Assembly: GCA_028293825.1 (NCBI GenBank)
Contig: JAQGNY010000010.1
Span: 384,008-448,007 of the forward strand
Direction of reading: 5' to 3'
Origin: Verrucomicrobiaceae bacterium
GTDB taxonomy: Bacteria; Pseudomonadota; Gammaproteobacteria; Pseudomonadales; CAMLJR01
DNA: 64,000 nt
The notes beneath the pieces are model-generated. The model made no database searches. It was not told the DNA's origin and saw nothing but the letters and a program-made list of their open reading frames with translations. The position numbers and the translations under genes are program-made. Shown piece after piece: positions 57,030 through 64,000 of the stretch. Within the stretch, counting starts at the first letter, position 1. Every line of letters begins with the position of its first letter.

Positions 57030-57305
57030 TTTCTTTATTGTTGCTTTGGAAGTGATCTGCAATATGCCGGGCGCTTGGATATTCACATTAATAGATCACG
57101 CCAGCGGTAATTTTACGTTTCGACAAATTAAGTTTTAATCCGCCGCCGTTTTCCCTTTGATCAAATAGTTTTTCCCGTGCTCTGATCGGTTTTGATTTAG
57201 ATTGGCGCGGTGTTCGGATTGATCAGATAACGCTGAAGTGAATCGCACTTACGTGGTATACCAATGCTGCGGTTGCGTTTCAAAAATAAAAATAGAGGAC
57301 TTGTT

Positions 57306-58259
57306 GTGCGAGCTACTGAATTTTCGGAATTACAAGCGTTCGGATTGGTGGCCAAATATAAAAGCTTTGTTGGTGCGGCGGATCAGCTCGGTATATCGCG
57401 CTCTGCTGTCACGCAAATAATTCAAAGTTTAGAGCGGCGCCTTGGCATGCGATTGCTTAACCGCACCACGCGCAGCGTATCGCCAACGCAGGCTGGGCAA
57501 GAATTGCTTGCTCGATTAGAGCCAGCATTAGCCGCGTTGGGGTCGGCCGTCAGCGATATGGAACAATTTCGCGATATTCCCGCCGGCGTGGTGCGCATTG
57601 CAGCTTCGCCGTTGGGCGCGAAGCTGCATCTGGAACCCATCATTGCAGGATTTCGCGAAGCCTATTCCGACGTTGTGCTCGATATCACCATCGATAATGC
57701 TGAGTATCACGATTGTGTGTCGGAAGGGTTCGATGCGGTGGTCGGTCTCGGTTGTCATATCGATAAAGACATGGTCGCGCTCGAACTCGGTGGACCGCTG
57801 CATTTGCGCGTCGTCGCATCGCCTGCCTACATCGCGCTGCACGGTATGCCCGCGACACCGCAGGATTTGCAAAATCATAATTGCATCGGCTTAAGAAAAA
57901 CTGGTCAGGCCGAATCGTTGAGTTGGCCGTTCGTCAGTGACGGCCAGCCTTTTTCCGTGCCGATTAATAAACCGATGATGGTCAACGATGAGCTTTTTGC
58001 GCTCGATGCGGCTGTTAAAGGTGCGGGTATTTTGTTGTGTGCAAAAGAAATGTCGGAGCATCTTATTCGCGATGGGCAACTGTGCTCACTGTTGGAATCT
58101 TGGTGCGTGGATTGGCCCGGTTTCTACTTGTATTACCCGAAGCACCAGCATACGCCGGTAGCCTTTCGCGTATTTAAGGATTACATTCGCAACGCTGAAA
58201 ATACGCATGCAATCGAGAATAAATCGGTGGCAGATATGCGCCGCTATCGATCGCGTTAA
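57306..58259 (+). CDS. LysR family transcriptional regulator
   Basis: 'FSELQAFGLVAKYKSFVGAADQLGISRSAVTQIIQSLERRLGMRLLNRTTRSVSPTQAG' is an N-terminal wHTH, followed by a LysR substrate-binding domain. The GTG 57306 start (AGAGGA 7 nt upstream) is preferred over ATG 57264. Confidence 0.85.
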   Translation: MRATEFSELQAFGLVAKYKSFVGAADQLGISRSAVTQIIQSLERRLGMRLLNRTTRSVSPTQAGQELLARLEPALAALGSAVSDMEQFRDIPAGVVRIAASPLGAKLHLEPIIAGFREAYSDVVLDITIDNAEYHDCVSEGFDAVVGLGCHIDKDMVALELGGPLHLRVVASPAYIALHGMPATPQDLQNHNCIGLRKTGQAESLSWPFVSDGQPFSVPINKPMMVNDELFALDAAVKGAGILLCAKEMSEHLIRDGQLCSLLESWCVDWPGFYLYYPKHQHTPVAFRVFKDYIRNAENTHAIENKSVADMRRYRSR

Positions 58260-58389
58260 TTGCACCCGTAAAATAATAATTCCTTTTAGCTGCGATTGCT
58301 TGACGCTGAAAATTACGGTTATTAATTAATTCTAAATTGGCTACGTTGTCGCTTTTGAAGCGGATATCGATTTTTTAAACGCACACTCG

Positions 58390-58460
58390 ATTGTCAAGCT
58401 GAGCTAAACAACGTATTCCAGTTGCCGTCCATTATCAGCAACCGTGCACGCTGTTACGAT
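58390..58460 (+). promoter_or_regulatory. conserved 71-nt intergenic element, copy B
   Basis: See copy A. It lies between the LysR gene and the sulfotransferase gene, 172 nt upstream of ATG 58632. Confidence 0.55.
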
Positions 58461-58631
58461 AACGACATATAAACAGTGATGAAGACACCGACCGGTAATT
58501 GCAGCACAGAACAATAAAGCTGCAGCTACCAGTGTGAGTAGTGTTGCTAATCGCACGTTGGAAAAAATAGATAGAAGTACTAAAGCGATACCAAATACCT
58601 AGTTCATTAAAAATAATAAGAGGATTTTACT

Positions 58632-59789
58632 ATGGGCCTCCATCAGCTCGACGCAGAGAAAATTTTACGGAGCTCTGCCTCTGAAGCAGGACTTGTGCAG
58701 TACATCGATGAGGGAATTCGCGCACGATTTTCATACGTGATTAATCTGCTCAACGAATTTGGTAGCCTCACCGATGAGGAATATCCGCCGGCCTTACACC
58801 AACTTAAAAGTATGGTGAAGCAGCGCTTGCTGGTCGCTCGTGATTGGGCTCTGCATCCGGAAATTCTCGATGAAGAAATAACGCAGCCGTTTTTTGTTAT
58901 CGGCAACGCGCGTGCCGGCACCACGTTTACGCAAATGTTATTGACGTGGGACGAAGGCCATCGAACACCGTTATATCGCGATGTGCGTCATCCATCGCCA
59001 CCGCGCGGCCTTGATCCCGCTGCAGATGCTGCCGCGTTGGAAGAAGAAAATAATTACGTGCGGTCTATGGTCGAGCGCTCGCCGCAGATGATGTCGGCGC
59101 ATCCGTATCTCGACCAGGGCGGCAATGGTGAAGCGGAAGACGAAGATGTTTATTCGCTCGATTTCAATATGGTTTATCCGCTGCAGTTATTGAATGTAGC
59201 CACTATGCCGCAAGCGCTAGTGCCGCCCGATCCGTTGCAGGCTCTGAAATTTCACAAAAATATGTTGAAGCAATTTCAGTGGAAAACACCGACACGGCGC
59301 TGGGTAGGTAAAGGTGTATTGCATCAGTACGTCATACCTACGTTGCTGCAGGTTTATCCCGATGCTGTTTGTTTTTGGACGCATCGTGCGCCGGAAGAAT
59401 TTATCGCATCGTTACTGGCGTTATTGGAAATACAGTACAAACCGTTTAATGGCGGTCGCTACAGCGTGCAGCCGCAAGAGATGGCTGAGCAATTAAAAGC
59501 GGGCATCGACTATTTCTTGAAAAGCGAAGCGACCTACGATTCGCGCATTCATCACATTCGTTTTCGCGATTTGGTTAAAGATCCGATAGCGGTGATCGCG
59601 CCTATTTATGAAAAAGCTGGAATTCCTTTTACCAAGAAATACGAGCAGACGCTGCGCGATCGTTTGGCGAGCTCGGATTACCGCGCCAATCGTTACGGAA
59701 AATTCGACTATACGTTGGAAAAATATGGCTTGAATCGCGAGGTATTACGCAAACAATTTTCCGAATACTGCGATCGATTCGAACTGTAA
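58632..59789 (+). CDS. sulfotransferase family protein (paralog of 25787..26950)
   Basis: 385 aa with 'FFVIGNARAGTTFTQMLL', 'WTHRAPEEFIASLLA' and 'QFQWKTPTRRWVGKGVLH'. Confidence 0.75.
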   Translation: MGLHQLDAEKILRSSASEAGLVQYIDEGIRARFSYVINLLNEFGSLTDEEYPPALHQLKSMVKQRLLVARDWALHPEILDEEITQPFFVIGNARAGTTFTQMLLTWDEGHRTPLYRDVRHPSPPRGLDPAADAAALEEENNYVRSMVERSPQMMSAHPYLDQGGNGEAEDEDVYSLDFNMVYPLQLLNVATMPQALVPPDPLQALKFHKNMLKQFQWKTPTRRWVGKGVLHQYVIPTLLQVYPDAVCFWTHRAPEEFIASLLALLEIQYKPFNGGRYSVQPQEMAEQLKAGIDYFLKSEATYDSRIHHIRFRDLVKDPIAVIAPIYEKAGIPFTKKYEQTLRDRLASSDYRANRYGKFDYTLEKYGLNREVLRKQFSEYCDRFEL

Positions 59790-59817
59790 ATGGCTCAAAA
59801 TAATTGAGCGGGTGCGT

Positions 59818-60876
59818 ATGAAAATTCGAGTGGTTCACTGCGGAACTGGAAATATTGGACGAGAAGCATTACGCGGCATTCTGCATCATCCCGATCTTGA
59901 GCTGGTCGGCCATTACGTCAATTCGCCCAGCAAGATTGGAATTGATTCGGGCACGCTAATCGGGGAGGCGCCGACTGGAATTATCGCAACCAATAATTGG
60001 GATGAGTTGTTGGATTTGAACGCCGATTGCCTTTCGTATTTTGGCGATTGCATGGGCCGCGAGTTGGAAGCGGTGACCGACATTTGTCGATTTCTCGAAC
60101 GCGGCACTAATGCGGTTACGTTGTCGGTATTTCCATGGGCGCATCCGGCGAGCTGTCCGCCGCAATTTCGCGATCCGGTGGACGCCGCCTGTAGCAAAGG
60201 TAATAGCACGGCGTATTTCACCGGTATCGATCCCGGCTTTGCGACAACCGATTTAGCGATTGCCGCGCTGGCTTTTGCCGATGAGGTTGACTGCGTTCGA
60301 GTCACTGAATTGGGTTGGTGGGGCGATTACACGGCGGAATATGTGTGTCGTGAATATTTTGGTTTTGGACAGAAGCCGGGCTTTAAACCGCTGCTTGTCA
60401 CCGGCGGATTTATGCGGCAAATGTGGGCGCCCACGCTGCATGAAATTGCGGATGCGCTCGGCGTAAAAATCGATGATTGGAAAGAGCTCTACGAAACCGA
60501 TTCGCTCGATCACGATATCGAAACGGGGTTTGGAACTGTACACGCCCGCACTGCCGCGGCGGTTCACTTTGAGCTGCAGGCTTTTTCGGGCGGGCGGCCG
60601 ATTGCTATTGTCGAGCATAACGATCTGGTCGGTCGCGGCGCCGGCAGTCAGTGGCGATTGCCGTTTGGTCCGGGTGATGTTTCGTACCGCATCGAAATCG
60701 AAGGCAACCCCAATTACACACTGGAATTAAATATGGATTATGACCCCGGTATCAAAATGACGGCGATGCCGCCGATAAATTCGATTCCTACCGTGTGCGC
60801 GGCAACGCCTGGATTGAAGGGTCCGCTCGATATTCCGCGCTATTGGTCGCGCAATGTGCGGCGCACAGTAAATTAA
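59818..60876 (+). CDS. NAD(P)-binding DapB-like / amine dehydrogenase-like family protein
   Basis: 'MKIRVVHCGTGNIGREALRGILHHPDLELVGHYV' is an N-terminal Rossmann of the dihydrodipicolinate-reductase-like family. It is ~352 aa. Confidence 0.6.
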   Translation: MKIRVVHCGTGNIGREALRGILHHPDLELVGHYVNSPSKIGIDSGTLIGEAPTGIIATNNWDELLDLNADCLSYFGDCMGRELEAVTDICRFLERGTNAVTLSVFPWAHPASCPPQFRDPVDAACSKGNSTAYFTGIDPGFATTDLAIAALAFADEVDCVRVTELGWWGDYTAEYVCREYFGFGQKPGFKPLLVTGGFMRQMWAPTLHEIADALGVKIDDWKELYETDSLDHDIETGFGTVHARTAAAVHFELQAFSGGRPIAIVEHNDLVGRGAGSQWRLPFGPGDVSYRIEIEGNPNYTLELNMDYDPGIKMTAMPPINSIPTVCAATPGLKGPLDIPRYWSRNVRRTVN

Positions 60877-60944
60877 TTAGATCATTAATTATAAATAGAA
60901 AAATAACGAAACTTATCTTTGTCATTTTCTGGGAGAACGAAATA

Positions 60945-62009
60945 GTGACTTATCGCATTGTTCACTGGGCTACCGGTCATACCGGAAAAATGGTTATCCG
61001 CGCAACGGCGGAACGTCCCGATTACAAAGCCGTGGCTGGATTTGTTTACAGCCAAGAAAAAGTCGGCAAGGATCTCGGCGATATTTGCGGCATCGAAAAG
61101 TTGGGGGTTATCGCCACTAATGACCGCGATGAAATTTTAAAAACCGAAGCGGATTGCGTTTTGTTTTTAGCGGGCGCTGAAGTCGATGTGCCGCAAAGCT
61201 TGCTCGATGTGTGTGCGCTGTTGGAATCGGGTAAAAATGTAATCGCCACCGCGGCACAATATATTTATCCAAAGTCGATGGGTGCGGATTTCGAAGCAGC
61301 TATACAAACGGCTTGCAAGAAGGGCGGCAGCACTTTTCATGGTCTTGGCATCATGCCGGGGTTTTTTGCAGAATCGTTGCCACTGTTGCTATCGCGATTG
61401 GCGCGCCGTGTCGATAAGCTCAACGCGTATGAAACATTGGCTTACGATAAATACCCCAGCAAATATCAGATGTTTGATTTGATGGGCTTCGGTTACGAGC
61501 CGAATGATCCGACACCTGTATTTTCGAATGTCGATTTGGTCGGAGACACGTGGCGGCATTCGGCGATGTTAATGGCAGATACGTTGGGTCTTAAATACGA
61601 CCGCATCGAAAACTTCCGCAATGTTGCCGTGACCGATCGCGATTTGCATGTGGCGTGCGGCACCATTCCGAAAGGTACTGTCGGCGCGATGAATTTTGGC
61701 GTGCGCGTAATCGCCGATGGCAAAACGCGAATCGTACTGCAGCATTACACACGAATGGCGGAACATTTAGCGCCGGAATGGCCGAGCGGTGACGGCTGGA
61801 CAGTGCTAATGGAAGGTGAGCCATCGATTTCCGCAAAAATTGAAATCGGTACGGAAGGCAGCATTATGCCGACTGACGATGCATGCATGGCGACCGGCAT
61901 GCATGCTATCCATGCCGTGCCGTATGTGATTGCAGCGAAACCCGGCATTTTGACGTTGGCCGATGTGCCGCCGGTGTGGGGTGTCGACGCATTTCATGTC
62001 GGCGCATAA
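60945..62009 (+). CDS. NAD(P)-binding DapB-like family protein (tandem paralog)
   Basis: GTG 60945 has GGGAGA upstream. 'TYRIVHWATGHTGKMVIRATAERPDYKAVAGFVY' has the same architecture and length as the preceding gene. Confidence 0.6.
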   Translation: MTYRIVHWATGHTGKMVIRATAERPDYKAVAGFVYSQEKVGKDLGDICGIEKLGVIATNDRDEILKTEADCVLFLAGAEVDVPQSLLDVCALLESGKNVIATAAQYIYPKSMGADFEAAIQTACKKGGSTFHGLGIMPGFFAESLPLLLSRLARRVDKLNAYETLAYDKYPSKYQMFDLMGFGYEPNDPTPVFSNVDLVGDTWRHSAMLMADTLGLKYDRIENFRNVAVTDRDLHVACGTIPKGTVGAMNFGVRVIADGKTRIVLQHYTRMAEHLAPEWPSGDGWTVLMEGEPSISAKIEIGTEGSIMPTDDACMATGMHAIHAVPYVIAAKPGILTLADVPPVWGVDAFHVGA

Positions 62010-62046
62010 AGTTTTAAAAATTAAGCGAATGGTTGTGAAGGAGTTG

Positions 62047-63507
62047 ATGTTGGAAAAAATTAAATTAATTCCGCTATCGACTGTCAATGCAGTGCCGGGT
62101 GATCAATTGATAACGCGACGCTCGGCGCTCCATTGGTCTGCAGCAACGTTAATTTTTGCAGCAATAAATTCAATTTCCAAAGCATCGGCATCGGTTAAAC
62201 CGAATGACACCGACCTTAAACGGATTGCGCGTGATATGACTGAAAAATCGATGCAACCAAGCAGCGCGTTGGCGACTAAGCAGCAGCGGTTAACCGAGCG
62301 GCGTGCGCTGGATATTTTTTCGAGTGCTACCGTTAAATCGGCAATGGCGAAAACCTTGGCGAGCTTTATTGCCGACCCCAATGCCAAACTCGCCGATCAG
62401 AAGCAGTTAATGCAGCAGAGCGTTAATGAACATTATTTTCATAGCTCGCTGATGGCCGCGAGCGAAACACCACGCAGTCCTGCATTTATTTGGTGTATCG
62501 CGCTGCCGCATCAATGGATGGGGTTGGATGTGCCTGGCAGTCGTTTTGGTCATGACAACACAGATAACGCTTACCGTATTGCGGCGATCGAGCCAACTTT
62601 GCAGTACAAAATTACCGGACATTTTGCTGGGCCGCGTCCATGCGATTTTAGTATCTGTGTGCTTCCCAGGCAGGTGGGCGACGATATCGCCGCCGATGTG
62701 AAAGCAATTATCGCGATCGACGAAATCGATGTGGATGCGGAAGGCTATTTTTCGATAACGGTCGATGCCTCTGCCACCGCAGGTCGACGTAATCATCTGT
62801 GCATTGCTGATGGCAAAGTTTTATTCGCGCGCGATACGCTGGCAAATTGGGAGGTGGAGCGTGCCAGTGAATTAAATATCCAACGCACCGATGGCCCCAC
62901 AGTGGATGATTTCGACGCGACGCAAGCAGTCACTCGCGCAGCCGCATTAGGCGCAACCATTGCGAATTTCTTTTTAAAAAATGTTCAGCACGGCATGTTC
63001 GAGCGCGCACCGATTAATACCATTCCTGTTCCGGTGCCGTCGGGTCCGCGCGGTGGTTTAACAACGCAGCTTGGCACTGTGGGGTTTTATACGCTGAATA
63101 ATGATGAGGCGCTGGTGATCAGCGCCGATCGACTCGGTGCGCGTTATCTGGGTATTCAAATTATCGATATGTGGATGGTCTCTTACGAATACAGCCAACA
63201 CACCAGTAGTTTGAATCACGAGCAAGCTGTCGCTAATGCGGACGGTCGCTATCGCTGGGTGGTTTCAGCGCAAGATCCCGGTGTTTTAAATTGGCTGGAT
63301 AGCGGCGGTAATGCGCACGGTAACGTGCTTATGCGTTGGCAAAAATTGCCAGCGGGAATCGATATAAATAATTGCGTTTCTGCCCAGATCGTAAAACTCA
63401 GTGCGCTGCGTGAAGTGCTACCCCCTGATACTCAGTATCTTGATGCGCAGGCGCGAGAAGAGCAGCGAGCACGGCGATTGCAAAGTTATCAATGGCGTGT
63501 TGTTTGA
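62047..63507 (+). CDS. DUF1214-like domain protein with Tat-like signal (exported paralog of 24484..25713)
   Basis: 'ITRRSALHWSAATLIFAAINSISKASA' is a twin-arginine-like leader. The C-terminal block 'NDEALVISADRLGARYLGI...NADGRYRWVVSAQDPGVLNWLD...VLMRWQKL' is homologous to the 24.5-kb protein. The start is 62047 or 62029. Confidence 0.5.
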   Translation: MLEKIKLIPLSTVNAVPGDQLITRRSALHWSAATLIFAAINSISKASASVKPNDTDLKRIARDMTEKSMQPSSALATKQQRLTERRALDIFSSATVKSAMAKTLASFIADPNAKLADQKQLMQQSVNEHYFHSSLMAASETPRSPAFIWCIALPHQWMGLDVPGSRFGHDNTDNAYRIAAIEPTLQYKITGHFAGPRPCDFSICVLPRQVGDDIAADVKAIIAIDEIDVDAEGYFSITVDASATAGRRNHLCIADGKVLFARDTLANWEVERASELNIQRTDGPTVDDFDATQAVTRAAALGATIANFFLKNVQHGMFERAPINTIPVPVPSGPRGGLTTQLGTVGFYTLNNDEALVISADRLGARYLGIQIIDMWMVSYEYSQHTSSLNHEQAVANADGRYRWVVSAQDPGVLNWLDSGGNAHGNVLMRWQKLPAGIDINNCVSAQIVKLSALREVLPPDTQYLDAQAREEQRARRLQSYQWRVV

Positions 63508-64000
63508 ACGCTGTTAAGTTTCTTTGGTTTTTTGTGTTGGTCTATTGAGGTCAGCATTCATTTATTTTATGTCCAGTCGATGCACTTGTTTTCCTCCCTG
63601 CGCGATATCGTTTGCGGCGAAGATTTTTATTTGTTCGCACCCGTAATTGCAACTCTTACTTAAATAATATTTCTATGATTTAGCTGGATTATAAAAAATA
63701 AATAGTTGGTGAGATTTATTATTAATAGTTGATGTTGAAACCTAAAGTTTAAATAACGCAATAAGAATAACTGTTTTTATAGTTGGTGCTGTGGATTTCG
63801 TTGAAATTTTCTTTCGGAAAATTTTATTTTTCCTCATTTGAAACTATTTACCTGTATTTGCCGTCGAGTTAAATAATTATTGTTGCTTGCCAAGTGCGCC
63901 CGAGTATTCTGCTTGCTGCTGTACGTGCATAGGTGATCAATGAATAACAATAAAAAAATAGACTCCTCAAATTACGATCGTCGCTCCGAATGGAAGCCAT

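Noticed and set aside
63940-64000. ATG-initiated open frame 'MNNNKKIDSSNYDRRSEWKP...' running off the window end
   Set aside because: Only 20 codons are visible in AT-rich DNA with a weak SD, so coding cannot be supported.

Overview
All family names below come from motif recognition by eye; no database search was run. The window is a 64-kb chromosomal segment of a gammaproteobacterium. The pheT-ihfA-MerR-like-tRNA-Pro synteny points to a Pseudomonadales, Cellvibrionales or Nevskiales type genome (inference).

Layout:
(1) 1-1440: housekeeping genes pheT (3' part), ihfA and a MerR-like regulator, then tRNA-Pro(GGG).
(2) 1441-6552: an AT-richer islet directly after the tRNA, with no integrase. 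It carries a four-gene same-strand cassette: TcmP (three-Cys-motif partner protein), a DUF5131/Gp37-Gp68 three-Cys protein, a second and longer TcmP-like protein, and an orphan ORF. This is my best candidate for an uncharacterised nucleic-acid modification or defence system.
(3) 6553-9600: a patch of gene remnants (amidohydrolase, truncated crotonase, aldo/keto reductase tail, frameshifted tyrosine-recombinase tail, decayed dienelactone hydrolase) mixed with intact VOC and DHFR-like genes.
(4) 9.8-20.7 kb: GST, a membrane-anchored hypothetical protein, an alpha/beta hydrolase, a DHA2 MFS pump with an isochorismatase-like hydrolase, and a tripartite MFS-HlyD-OMF efflux operon.
(5) 21-32.7 kb: a TonB-dependent receptor (TBDR) locus with SDR, DUF1214-like protein, two sulfotransferase-fold proteins, a cytoplasmic molybdopterin oxidoreductase, an APH-like kinase and a SnoaL-like protein.
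(6) 33.3-35.5 kb: an orphan OsmC-YcaO fusion gene, followed by dead ABC-exporter and TBDR fragments.
(7) 36.9-41.6 kb: an ECF sigma / anti-sigma / S8 subtilase / TorF-like porin operon, divergent from a TIGR03118-like beta-propeller gene.
(8) 44-63.5 kb: three more TBDR genes (one with a single in-frame TAA), an LCMT-type methyltransferase, an AraC regulator with direct-repeat operator candidates, a carboxylesterase, and a LysR regulator. A second sulfotransferase / DapB-like x2 / Tat-DUF1214-like locus follows, paralogous to part (5).

Non-coding signals: a 71-nt element conserved in two intergenic regions, a G-rich and SD-like tandem repeat, tRNA T-arm-like scars, and a recurrent A-rich box in front of Shine-Dalgarno sites. 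No CRISPR array, rRNA or intact transposase/integrase was seen.
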